A stretch of DNA of 64,000 nucleotides, from the IMG/VR virus record IMGVR_UViG_3300028364_000014, positions 62,001-126,000 of that record; one strand, given 5' to 3'. Shown here piece after piece: positions 1 to 9,505 of this stretch (positions within the stretch are counted from its first letter, which is position 1; every line of letters starts with the position of its first letter). Both the position numbers and the translations under genes were made by a program. Below the pieces are notes generated by a model. The model ran no database searches and was not told the origin of the DNA. It saw only the letters and a list, made by a program, of their open reading frames with translations.

Positions 1-16
1 AGACAGTGCCAATACA

Positions 17-691
17 TTGCTGGCTTTCTTTAATACGGAAAGTTCAACAGGGATGAAGGATACTGTTAAAAAGTCAATTCAGCACATAGGACTTCCTATG
101 TACAAATTAGATTATGAAAGACTGCAACGTGTTATTGTATTGATTCGTGATACACACCGTATGCATCAAAACTTTAACCCTAATTGGTCTTTAACTAGAA
201 TTAAAGAAGAACATCAAATAACAATAAACGAGCAGTTTGCCTTAAGACACTCTAAAGAGAGGTTTAGTTGGTTAAACCTCATTACTCAGTACTTTGAGGC
301 TAATGGTAATAAAGCTGAACTCATGTGCTCAGCATATGATATAGCTATACTAGGTAAGGACCAAGGACATTACGTAGGTAATTATGCACGTTTCAGTAAA
401 GATGCTAACTACGTTGTATATAGAATTACTGACTGTGAGGGAACGATCTCTACATTAGGGATTAGGCACCCAGATGAAACAAATCACTTATGTGATCAAC
501 ACTACCTGAGATTTAATTATATAGTAGCTAATGAAGCTTGTTTATCCTTTGCAGCTAAAATTACCAGACAAGTAAAAAAGGAATTAGAGTTGATTGATAT
601 ATCCAAAAAACAGGAACCTTTAAAACCTATCACACAAGCTATCGATTTTCCTCAAATTGAAGCTGATGATCCAGAAGACACCCCATTCTAG
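17..691 (+). CDS. PcfJ-like phage protein (probably 5'-truncated by window edge) with acidic ...DDPEDTPF tail
   Basis: LMCSAYDIAILGKDQGHYVGNY...YVVYRI...TLGI...DQH resembles the PcfJ domain pattern (G..Q.HCV..Y). Confidence 0.45.
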   Translation: MLAFFNTESSTGMKDTVKKSIQHIGLPMYKLDYERLQRVIVLIRDTHRMHQNFNPNWSLTRIKEEHQITINEQFALRHSKERFSWLNLITQYFEANGNKAELMCSAYDIAILGKDQGHYVGNYARFSKDANYVVYRITDCEGTISTLGIRHPDETNHLCDQHYLRFNYIVANEACLSFAAKITRQVKKELELIDISKKQEPLKPITQAIDFPQIEADDPEDTPF

Positions 692-737
692 TCAATTATC
701 TGTTTGAGCAGGTACACAGGCCTTAAGCTCAAAGCGT

Positions 738-757
738 CGCCTCACTTCGGTGGGGCG
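738..757 (+). other. GC-rich hairpin with UUCG tetraloop
   Basis: cgcctcac-ttcg-gtggggcg, intergenic. Confidence 0.6.
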
Positions 758-814
758 GGTGGCAAAATGGACATTCCGTCCACAATTAAACCGTAATACA
801 TAGGAGATTACACC

Positions 815-1420
815 ATGACTAACATTATCAAAAAGAATGCTAAAGTACTTAACAATCGTGAACTTATAACTGGAATGGGCGCTAATGGTATTGTGCCCTC
901 TCTTAACAACAAAGGCACACTTATTTTTACTCATTGCCCTATGTGCGAAGCAGAGCTCCTTGCAGATAACCCTGGTTATACTAAAGCTATTCTTAGTAAT
1001 AAACCTTGGTATCAAGCTACGCCAGCTATTGTGTTCAAAATGCCTAATGGCTCTACTCTCAAGGCGTGCTGTTGTGGTTATAGAGAGCTAGTAATTATTA
1101 CACCTAAACCTAGGTGCTCTAACTGCGGTAGTGTTCTTAAGAACGAAGGGGACAGGTGCTATGGTCCTAACTGCCAGCCTCCTACACAACAGGAGCTGGA
1201 CTCCATTGCGACCGAGAAAAAGCAAGCTCAGGAGATAAAGGCTGCTGAATTGAAAGCCAAACAAGAGGCTAAGCAAAAAGCCACTAAACCTCCTGTCAAA
1301 CAGTGCGTAACTCCTGGATGTACAAACCCAGTGCCTGAGAGTCGTTTTGTTAGATGCGAGGCATGTCGTGCAACACGAAGAACCCCAAAGGAGGAGGCTT
1401 GTACTGAAGTTCAGATGTAA
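815..1420 (+). CDS. Cys-rich (zinc-binding) hypothetical protein
   Basis: RBS aggag; CPMC, CSNC, CVTPGC, CEAC motifs. Confidence 0.6.
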   Translation: MTNIIKKNAKVLNNRELITGMGANGIVPSLNNKGTLIFTHCPMCEAELLADNPGYTKAILSNKPWYQATPAIVFKMPNGSTLKACCCGYRELVIITPKPRCSNCGSVLKNEGDRCYGPNCQPPTQQELDSIATEKKQAQEIKAAELKAKQEAKQKATKPPVKQCVTPGCTNPVPESRFVRCEACRATRRTPKEEACTEVQM

Positions 1421-1597
1421 TCTGCTGGCTACCGAAGATGAACTCATCTATCTCATGATAGATGGACTAACCTATATCTACTGCCTTGATAAAGCTAAGC
1501 ATCCATACTTCATTAAAACATTGAAGTATAAACCAGGCAAAGCTATTAACTATATCAAAGCAGAAGCCTATTGGACAGAGATGGGTTAAATTAAACC

Positions 1598-1641
1598 TGG
1601 GCACCTGAGTAATTAAGGTGTCCAAATTAAGGAGAATTATC
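1598..1641 (+). promoter_or_regulatory. Repeated hairpin+RBS leader module, copy 1
   Basis: tgggcacct-gagtaatta-aggtgtcca then aattaaggagaattatc ATG(1642). Confidence 0.75.
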
Positions 1642-1980
1642 ATGCAAAAAGCACTAAAAACTGTTAAACGAGCTACCTATGCACAAAAACGACAAGAGGC
1701 TTTTGATATGTTGAACAACACATATGAGGAAGAAGGTGTTCTTCTGTGCAGTGGGGAATTTAAAATCAATTCTCTGATGGCTATGATGATGGCAAGATCT
1801 GCTTTTAAAGAGACTTATGGAGCACTCGCCCCAAGGTACTTCAACATACCGGCTGACGAGCTTCCAGGAACTGAAGTACACCCAGGTGTATATATTTCAC
1901 GAGATGAGAATTCTCATTATTCTTTGGAGTACGAAGACGGTTTCCAAATGGAGGAATTTATTCAACAATGGGTATGTTAA
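1642..1980 (+). CDS. hypothetical protein
   Basis: ORF; start moved to ATG after RBS aaggag. Confidence 0.7.
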   Translation: MQKALKTVKRATYAQKRQEAFDMLNNTYEEEGVLLCSGEFKINSLMAMMMARSAFKETYGALAPRYFNIPADELPGTEVHPGVYISRDENSHYSLEYEDGFQMEEFIQQWVC

Positions 1981-2024
1981 ATAAATAAACAAGGGGCTCT
2001 GTATGAGCCCCATAAGGAGGCAAT

Positions 2025-2216
2025 ATGGGTAATTTAGATAAAATAGGAATGTGTTCCCACTGTAAACAGCTTTGTACACCTGTTGAATTGGATGAAGATA
2101 AAACTGAAGAAGTGGATTTCTTTGGTGTGGATAGCCTGTCTGAAGTAGACCAGTATATACTGGAAGGTGGAATTTTGTGCGAAAAATGCTACTCAAAAGA
2201 AGGCGGCATAGTATAA
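2025..2216 (+). CDS. small zinc-ribbon protein
   Basis: RBS aaggagg; CSHC...CEKC. Confidence 0.65.
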   Translation: MGNLDKIGMCSHCKQLCTPVELDEDKTEEVDFFGVDSLSEVDQYILEGGILCEKCYSKEGGIV

Positions 2217-2225
2217 ACCAAACAC

Positions 2226-2268
2226 AGGTGTTTGAATAACTCAGACATCTAAACCAAGGAGAAGTGAT
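2226..2268 (+). promoter_or_regulatory. Repeated hairpin+RBS leader module, copy 2
   Basis: aggtgtttga-ataac-tcagacatct then aaaccaaggagaagtgat ATG(2269). Confidence 0.7.
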
Positions 2269-2541
2269 ATGACACAGCGTACAGCAATGAACAACGACAA
2301 ACGAACAGAAGAGGCTACCACTGATTATACACTCCAATTTGAATTAAGGAAATTAGGTTATCGTCGCAAAGATAAACAAGTATGTGAAGCATGTATCGAA
2401 GAAATGGAATACAGCATGCAGTCCGTTGGTTATACAGGTACCAACCCTGCTTGGGCTAACCCAAGATGTGCATATAGATTCGAAAAAGAAGGGTCTTCTA
2501 TGATAGCCTGTAGGTGTGGTTGGAGAAAAACCATAGTTTAA
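2269..2541 (+). CDS. Cys-containing hypothetical protein
   Basis: ORF with RBS; CEAC, CRC. Confidence 0.65.
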   Translation: MTQRTAMNNDKRTEEATTDYTLQFELRKLGYRRKDKQVCEACIEEMEYSMQSVGYTGTNPAWANPRCAYRFEKEGSSMIACRCGWRKTIV

Positions 2542-2570
2542 ATAACACTATTTAATAGTTCCATAACTAA

Positions 2571-2614
2571 TAGGTGCCTGAATAACCAGGGCACCTAAAT
2601 CAAGGAGAATTACC
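2571..2614 (+). promoter_or_regulatory. Repeated hairpin+RBS leader module, copy 3
   Basis: taggtgcctgaataaccagggcaccta then aatcaaggagaattacc ATG(2615). Confidence 0.75.
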
Positions 2615-3220
2615 ATGATAAACAATGCCACTTTTACCCCAAACACTCTTGAAATACTTCCTGAATTCTGTGAACTATCCACCTTAACCTCATCGTTATT
2701 TGGTGATAACAATAGCTTAAGCTTTCAAAGTATTAAACTTAGTGCTGCTATTACCGTAAAAAAAGAGTACTTGGATGATTACTCACTTTCACATGACTGT
2801 AAAGCGTCAATATTGCGACAAACCAGAGACAGGATATCTGTACCAATAATACATTCTAATTTTGACTATGCTCTCAGTCGTGCGAGAGAATTTGATGGTA
2901 AGCTGTATTGTGGTAGCACTAACACAGTACGTTGGCAAGTAGAGTGGATAGAGCTACTTAGTAATTCCACTGGTAATGTGTATAAATTAAAGAGAATTAA
3001 AGACGAGTTACTTTGGCGCATGATGCTTATACAAGTGAATGGTGTGTCTATAGAGGACTCAGGGTTATCCTCGGTTGATTTAGAGGCAGTTCGTATGGAG
3101 CTAATGGATATAATTTACGTAATGTGCTTTCGTTTAAAAGGACATAGAGATAAAGGTAAAGTCTGTCAATCAAGGAAGATGCTTGAAGCGCAGCTCGAAG
3201 ACTTAAATACAGAAGTATAA
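2615..3220 (+). CDS. hypothetical protein
   Basis: ORF with strong RBS. Confidence 0.7.
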   Translation: MINNATFTPNTLEILPEFCELSTLTSSLFGDNNSLSFQSIKLSAAITVKKEYLDDYSLSHDCKASILRQTRDRISVPIIHSNFDYALSRAREFDGKLYCGSTNTVRWQVEWIELLSNSTGNVYKLKRIKDELLWRMMLIQVNGVSIEDSGLSSVDLEAVRMELMDIIYVMCFRLKGHRDKGKVCQSRKMLEAQLEDLNTEV

Positions 3221-3228
3221 TTTAAATA

Positions 3229-3273
3229 TGGGTGCTTGGATAATCCAGGCACCTAAAATCAAGGAGAATTATC
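3229..3273 (+). promoter_or_regulatory. Repeated hairpin+RBS leader module, copy 4
   Basis: tgggtgcttgga-taa-tccaggcaccta then aaatcaaggagaattatc ATG(3274). Confidence 0.75.
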
Positions 3274-3867
3274 ATGGGAGCAGATAGAACTCACCACAAC
3301 GCACACATGAAGAATGAGAATGCAGTAGCTGGAGTACGAATGACTGTTTGGGTTGCAGTGTATGATTTTTACAACCAGATGGGAATAAATTGGGACAATA
3401 TTGATGACTTGGTAAGCCCTTATGAGTATGGTAACACTAGATTCTCAGAAGCTTATCTTCTTCCTTTTTATTTCAAAAACCACTTTAATACGCGTAAAGC
3501 CACACAGATGATAGGATATGCTGGAAGCAATAACAGTCCTCTGGAGTTTCGACTCAAAAGGATGAACCTGCTGAACTTCATTGAGTTAGCCAGAGCACTG
3601 ATGCAAGCCAACATGATTACAAAAAAAGATATTCAAATTATTTTGGAAGCACCTTTCAAAAAGCGTAAAACAACAGGGAGAGGTCCGGAAAGCGGGGGAG
3701 TTTATAAATTCTACGCCAAAACACTTGTTGTTTCTTCCATCAATAAATGGGGAGGATTAAAGAACGCAGCAAGGCAGCTCGAAGTATCCTTGGATGTTGT
3801 TAAGTATTGGAGTACTTTAGTTGTTAAAGATATTAAAGTGAAACCCACCTCATCAGCAAGGAGATAA
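3274..3867 (+). CDS. hypothetical protein with C-terminal helix-turn-helix
   Basis: GGLKNAARQLEVSLDVVKYW is HTH-like. Confidence 0.55.
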   Translation: MGADRTHHNAHMKNENAVAGVRMTVWVAVYDFYNQMGINWDNIDDLVSPYEYGNTRFSEAYLLPFYFKNHFNTRKATQMIGYAGSNNSPLEFRLKRMNLLNFIELARALMQANMITKKDIQIILEAPFKKRKTTGRGPESGGVYKFYAKTLVVSSINKWGGLKNAARQLEVSLDVVKYWSTLVVKDIKVKPTSSARR

Positions 3868-3885
3868 TCATACAGGAGGTACAAC

Positions 3886-4467
3886 ATGTTTATTAAATCT
3901 AAGTACAATGATGGTGTGTGGAACAAATTGGAAAATTGGGAAATGTCAGAAAACTGTGAAATAACAGGTATTGGACCTATGGGACTTGAGGTATACGGAA
4001 TGATAAAGGCAGTAGCCCCATTCGAAAAACTTGAGGCTGGACAGAAGATAGGTATTATGGACTATGGTTGGTGGATACTTGGAGAACCCAAATCATTATC
4101 TAAACAACAGTTGCACACCATCTATACTGCACACTATCGATATCCTGGGTCAGACAGGGTGGATATTACTGTCAAAGGACAGGACCCTAATTGGAAAGAA
4201 TTTGCACCCACTTGGAAGATGGTAATGGGAGTAAAAAATGGTACTATGAGTGAACAGGAGTATGTTGATTTGTATGCGCCTACTGGTAGACAAATCACAG
4301 TCATAGGTAGCGTGTCTGAGGCTACTTGGGAAAGACTGTATCAAATGGAAACAGCGACATTTGTTTGTTTTTGTCCTGAAGGTGCGTTTTGCCACCGAAA
4401 TATCCTACTAAACTACATCCTTGAAATAATGGGAGGCAAAGTAGTCTATGGGGGTTGGAGAAAATAA
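3886..4467 (+). CDS. DUF488-like protein
   Basis: DITVKG...FAPTW..V...Y...Y...FVCFC...FCHR pattern. Confidence 0.6.
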   Translation: MFIKSKYNDGVWNKLENWEMSENCEITGIGPMGLEVYGMIKAVAPFEKLEAGQKIGIMDYGWWILGEPKSLSKQQLHTIYTAHYRYPGSDRVDITVKGQDPNWKEFAPTWKMVMGVKNGTMSEQEYVDLYAPTGRQITVIGSVSEATWERLYQMETATFVCFCPEGAFCHRNILLNYILEIMGGKVVYGGWRK

Positions 4468-4620
4468 ATCGACATTTGTTATTATGATACTATTTTACGG
4501 TAACCGCTTATTTCGTGTTTTAAGTCAGTACAATAACTCGCCCAACTAATGAAACGCCAGAAAGTGCCTGTAAGCAATTTGGAGATGTTTGACGGTAAAT
4601 GCAATTTATACCTACACCTT

Positions 4621-4650
4621 GGGGGACTAGCTTTTAAAAGTTAGTTCCCC
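4621..4650 (+). terminator. intergenic hairpin, possible terminator
   Basis: gggggactagctt-ttaa-aagttagttcccc; weak U-tract. Confidence 0.4.
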
Positions 4651-4963
4651 TTAGTGTTCTCGGAAGAGTGCCACCCACTGGCGCTGGCGCGTGTTCTCGG
4701 TATACTGAAAAACAAGCACCACTTCCGGGACAGTCCTGGATTCGGTAGCCTTCCCTGCTTGAAATCTCATATAGTCTGGAAGTCACGAGTACTGCCTAAG
4801 TATTAATCGTTCTACTAAACCAAAGGATTAAATTATGAGCACTAAACAATGGGTGTGGATGATGGACTACTGCAAAAAACAAAGCATTCCACCCGCAGAA
4901 TCCTGGGCTTGGGGAGATGCCAAGAAAGCCTATGAACTTTCCCGCTTGAAATCCTCTATAGTA

Positions 4964-5022
4964 GGGAGGCCGGGAGTACTGGAGTACCAGGAGGTTCTCG
5001 GGAGACAGGAGTATGAGGGAGA
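4964..5022 (+). repeat. GGAG-repeat cluster containing ccaggaggttctcgggagac
   Basis: 7 GGAG in ~60 nt; core repeated at 7790 and 35132. Confidence 0.7.
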
Positions 5023-5153
5023 CATCAACCAATAACCCTTTAGTAAGGAGAGTAGCACTAACAGGTAAGTAAAGTTGAGTATTAAAAACAGGAGAGGGAG
5101 CCAGGAGGTTCCTTCAATGTAGCATCAATCTATTAAATATAGGGAGTTTTAAC

Positions 5154-5354
5154 ATGGCTAAAATTATTCGTTTTGTAAAAGTTGATGGGTACCAGACAAG
5201 AGCCGGTATTACACAGTCCAACATCTTTAAGAATTCTTGCGAAAAAGCTGCTAAGATTCTCGGACTGGATGTTGTAACCCTCAATACCAAAAGGCAAGCC
5301 TCAAAATTCAAAAGAGGCACCGGTATCGTATTCAACACAGCAATCAACAAGTAA
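5154..5354 (+). CDS. small basic hypothetical protein
   Basis: RBS gggag, ORF. Confidence 0.55.
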   Translation: MAKIIRFVKVDGYQTRAGITQSNIFKNSCEKAAKILGLDVVTLNTKRQASKFKRGTGIVFNTAINK

Positions 5355-5787
5355 TACCAACCAACCAAGGAGAAATACCCATGGCAAGAAATCGAAAGTA
5401 CGGAGCATCCCCAGCAGTCGTGCATTTTTTCAGAGAATGTAATACAGAAGTTGTAAAAATGATAGATGCCCGTGCATCAAAGCCAAAAGCCTGTGGTAAG
5501 GTTACAAGGATTAGCGATAATGTTATTAAACGGAGGAAGCTATATGTTTGAAACCCAAAAACTGATTGTTGATGAAAAGGGAGTATGTAGTCCCCCATAT
5601 AAAGTCATCCCATTAGAGAGGCTCTATCGACATATTCCAACGGCACGTAAGCTGTTGAGGCACAGGAGTATGATGCGGTTGAGTGCACCACCAGTAATAA
5701 AATCATTACCCCTATATATAGGGTAAAATTGATCACAAAGGGGGGCCGTAAGGTTCCCCACAACTAACCAAAGTAAGGAGATACACC

Positions 5788-7512
5788 ATGACAGAAGCAC
5801 AAACTCAAACCAATGAAGTACCGGCAGAAGAAGTTATTGAAGTTCATCAAACAGCAGATGAAGCAGCAGTAAAAGATTCATTTGGTAAAAATTTGACACT
5901 CACTGGTATGCAGACTCGTCAGACAGATACTGGTGATATTACCTTCTTCAATACTGATTATGTATCACCACGAGTACTTGATATCATCCAATGGTACTGC
6001 AATACTCAAGTTAGTGGATTCAATGGTCTCTATTCAGTCATTTTCAGAATGGATGGTCTTCCAAAAGTGGATGTACCTAGCGACACTCCAACATCCTGGA
6101 TGTTCTTCCCTGACACCCTTACTGCAGTATGTAATATCCGTGGGTGTATCGATGTAGCTCTATTTGAGGTAATGTCTGGAGATGTTAAAGAGGCTGCATG
6201 CATTAACACGTGGGCTGTCATTTGGCGCGCAATTGTGCAAAACTTCTTTCACGAAGCACACCATGCACAAACTTTCCTCAACGATAGAGAATTGCTCGAT
6301 TCCAAAGGGCAAAAAGGCTCCAAAGCCAGAGACGATGAAGAACAAGCGGCAATTGTATATGCTCAAACAATGATGATTGAAGCCGCTAAAGCATTAAACA
6401 TAGAACCTGAATTCACGCCTGAAGTAGCCGATATTATTCAGGATCGAATTGCGGATGAGATGGAAGCTATTGATGATGAATCACCCAGCCATCACAAACT
6501 ATGGGCGTCTAACATGAAGTATATGTTGAAACATGGATTCATCGTACATATCAAAACCGATGAAGGATATGAGGATAAAAGCTATTCCACGCTCAAAGAG
6601 TTTATGCATTCACAAAGTGGAGATGCTGAAAATGACCCAGCATGGCTAATCCAACATCCAGATACTACTTGTGTTGGTACAACTACTAACACAATAAACC
6701 CTATAGCAGACTCACCAGCTCCTGTAACCCAAACCGGTGGATTTATGTCTCCTCCTAATAACAACAATGGTTATGTCATTGAGGACGACGATTATAATGA
6801 TGATGATATTGATTATGGGCAAGCACAAAGTCCAACCAATACTATTCATGCTAACAACGCATACCAAACCCCTAACGCAAACGGTATGCAGGGAGCTGCA
6901 AATGTAGCAAACGGTTATGCTGGACCAAACACTACACCGCAAAATCCTGTAGCCGGTCCGCCTGCGCAGTTTAATCAGCCTGCTGTTGTTGGTGGGCAAT
7001 CCGCACAACCATTGAATTGGGACACTGGATACCACCAGGCAATAGTAAAAGGACTCTACCAGAAATTGGCTAATAACATCTTTGGTAAATGTCAGTTTAT
7101 AGTAGGACAAACAGCGAACACCCCATTCTTCATGAATGTTCCGGGTATTGAAGCACCACTACCCCTCAGCCCTGAAGAAGCACAACTGGTGATTGCCCAA
7201 ACCATTACCCAGAACGGTAAGTTCATGAAAGACCAACCTATGCAGAACAACGCTATCGGTGGTTGTACCATTGGTAAAGCAAAACTCATGCCTGGTTATG
7301 AATTGGTATTGAACAACGGACAAGGTGGTCAAATTCGTCGTAAATTCATTCCCCAAAATCCTTGGAAAACTTCCAAAACAGCAGAATGGGCACGTAACGG
7401 ACATCAGATTGTCTGGATTATTGACCCCGACGCCGCTGATAAATCTCTAAGTATGAGAGTAATGGGTGGTATAGTTGAAAGTAATCGAAGTGGACAGTGG
7501 GCAGCAGTCTAA
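5788..7512 (+). CDS. large hypothetical protein with HExxH motif and N/Q/P-rich linker
   Basis: RBS aaggag; FFHEAHHA followed by EEQAA. Confidence 0.6.
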   Translation: MTEAQTQTNEVPAEEVIEVHQTADEAAVKDSFGKNLTLTGMQTRQTDTGDITFFNTDYVSPRVLDIIQWYCNTQVSGFNGLYSVIFRMDGLPKVDVPSDTPTSWMFFPDTLTAVCNIRGCIDVALFEVMSGDVKEAACINTWAVIWRAIVQNFFHEAHHAQTFLNDRELLDSKGQKGSKARDDEEQAAIVYAQTMMIEAAKALNIEPEFTPEVADIIQDRIADEMEAIDDESPSHHKLWASNMKYMLKHGFIVHIKTDEGYEDKSYSTLKEFMHSQSGDAENDPAWLIQHPDTTCVGTTTNTINPIADSPAPVTQTGGFMSPPNNNNGYVIEDDDYNDDDIDYGQAQSPTNTIHANNAYQTPNANGMQGAANVANGYAGPNTTPQNPVAGPPAQFNQPAVVGGQSAQPLNWDTGYHQAIVKGLYQKLANNIFGKCQFIVGQTANTPFFMNVPGIEAPLPLSPEEAQLVIAQTITQNGKFMKDQPMQNNAIGGCTIGKAKLMPGYELVLNNGQGGQIRRKFIPQNPWKTSKTAEWARNGHQIVWIIDPDAADKSLSMRVMGGIVESNRSGQWAAV

Positions 7513-7949
7513 TGTTGCATCGAACCCTTGGTGGTATTGTGCTCGCAAAAAGTAAAGGGTGCAGTACCATCAGACTCGAAACGGGCGAGACCAGGAAAAT
7601 ATTAATTCCTTGTTTATCTCGTATTGGGGATAGAATTCATGTGTATATTAATTGGTCTACTAATAAAGTGACCAAAGTAAGCACTGTAGGATGCCCAGAC
7701 CATTGGAACGGTGATGTGGAGCCGAAACCAGTGGATATCCCCGATGAGACTGAAGATATTCCACATTTAGAGTGCCAGTCACTTGAGGACCAGGAGGTTC
7801 TCGGGAGACCGAGGAGTGAGGGAGTAGGGAGCTTGGAGTTTCCTATGCCCATAAGCGAAGACGATTCTATATTAGATGATGTCTTCGAGGAAGATTATTA
7901 TACCCAGGCTGGAGAACCCAGTCACAAATTATTTAAGGAGCTATTATGA
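7512..7949 (+). CDS. hypothetical protein with acidic C-terminus
   Basis: ATG overlaps upstream TAA; stop overlaps ssb start. Confidence 0.55.
   Translation: MLHRTLGGIVLAKSKGCSTIRLETGETRKILIPCLSRIGDRIHVYINWSTNKVTKVSTVGCPDHWNGDVEPKPVDIPDETEDIPHLECQSLEDQEVLGRPRSEGVGSLEFPMPISEDDSILDDVFEEDYYTQAGEPSHKLFKELL
7790..7839 (+). repeat. GGAG-repeat cluster, second copy
   Basis: ccaggaggttctcgggagac identical to 4987-5006, followed by further GGAGs. Confidence 0.7.
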
Positions 7950-8860
7950 ACCGTTTATCCGTAGTTGGACGTATCGCTGGCATGCCCGTTTATACACCTT
8001 CAGTTGTTGTTAATGGCAAAACTATCAACGCCAAAACTGAACTCACAATCATTGAAAACGACGGTGAGAAGAAAAACTCATTCCGTATTACTGGTTGGGG
8101 CAAACAAGCAGAAAACTTGGCAAAGGGCGGAGCTGTTGGTAAAGCGATCACAATCTTTGGGCGTCTCTCTACATATAAGGGACGTGTATGGCTGGACATG
8201 GGTAATGGTAATCGTCAGCCTGTTCAAAGTCCTCAGGGTGGAGATTTGCTAATTACCAAAACAGGTATTACTCTTGAAAGACTGGATTGGGGAGCAGATT
8301 CAGGTAAAACAATTGCTCAGGAAATTCAGGACTTCCAGAATAGCGGTGGCTCAATGGGTCGTCCGCCAATGTGGCAAATTCCTGGGTCTCCTGATAACCA
8401 GACCTGGAAAAACATTTGTGCTGAGCGTAAAGCAACTGAATTTCAACCTGGAAGTACTCATTTTGGATATGCTGAAGTGCGTATTCCTAATGGTGCTCAG
8501 GTTGCTCCTCCTACACAAAGTGGTAATCAGTATGCAAATAATGGCGGTCATCAGGGTGGATTTCAAGCAGGGCAGCCGAATAATAACGGCGCTGCTCAGT
8601 ATGGTAATCCTCCTCAGCAACCAGCAACTCAGCAGGGCGGATTTCAGGGTGCAGCAAACAATCAACAAGTTCAGTATGGCGGACAGAATATGGGTCAGGC
8701 TATGTCAGGTTATACTGGTACTGGTCAGATGGCAGGTAATCCTGGGCAGGTTCAAGGTGGTTTTCAGGGGGCGCAGCAAGGTAATCCCCCAAACCAGGGT
8801 TATGCTCCTCAGACACAAGGGTACGCACCAAATCAGCAGGCAACTAACGTTCAGATGTAA
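7946..8860 (+). CDS. ssb: single-stranded DNA-binding protein with Q/G/N-rich tail
   Basis: MNRLSVVGRI...ITGWGKQAENLAK...GKAITIFGRL OB-fold signature. Confidence 0.8.
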   Translation: MNRLSVVGRIAGMPVYTPSVVVNGKTINAKTELTIIENDGEKKNSFRITGWGKQAENLAKGGAVGKAITIFGRLSTYKGRVWLDMGNGNRQPVQSPQGGDLLITKTGITLERLDWGADSGKTIAQEIQDFQNSGGSMGRPPMWQIPGSPDNQTWKNICAERKATEFQPGSTHFGYAEVRIPNGAQVAPPTQSGNQYANNGGHQGGFQAGQPNNNGAAQYGNPPQQPATQQGGFQGAANNQQVQYGGQNMGQAMSGYTGTGQMAGNPGQVQGGFQGAQQGNPPNQGYAPQTQGYAPNQQATNVQM

Positions 8861-8875
8861 TTAACCTTTAACTTA

Positions 8876-8919
8876 CCGGTAGGTCAGCTCAATAATGGGT
8901 TGGCTTACCGGGTTTTTTT
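8876..8919 (+). terminator. Rho-independent terminator
   Basis: ccggtaggtcagctca-ataa-tgggttggcttaccgg followed by T-run, directly after ssb. Confidence 0.85.
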
Positions 8920-9505
8920 CTACTTCCTATTAATGGAGGGTACAGAATTTGTTTACATCAATACCGACTTTTTTTGCTTTTAGTTTATTGTTTAATTATT
9001 ACTCTTGTATCTTATGTAGTACCGACTTTATTTGCTCTTCTTGATCCTGGTTCCCTGGAGTAAGGGGAAAATGATGATTAAGAACGGAACATCTATTTAT
9101 ACCCGCAAATATAAATATACAATAATAAATAATACTAGTAGACTAGATACTAACTAGTACTATATAGTTTAGTACTTAATCTATTGGTATTAAAGTACAC
9201 TAGTATCTATTATATGAGTATCCCTACTAGGACTAAAAAACATAAGATGTATAAAAGAATAAAAATGATTATTTATTGGGTACTGCTAGTTTTGATACTA
9301 GTAAAGTATACTATGAGAATTAAGTATTAATTATATAAAAAGTAAAGGAGTTATCATGGATTTTGAAGAAGCAGTAGAGCAACTAGTAGATGAGTATGGA
9401 TGTCCTGAAAATCAAGCAGAAGATATTAAAGAATTTTTAATTGGCGCAGGAAATATGTATGGTATTGTTGAACTATACGAAGCCAGTCAAAAGGAGAATA
9501 AGTAA

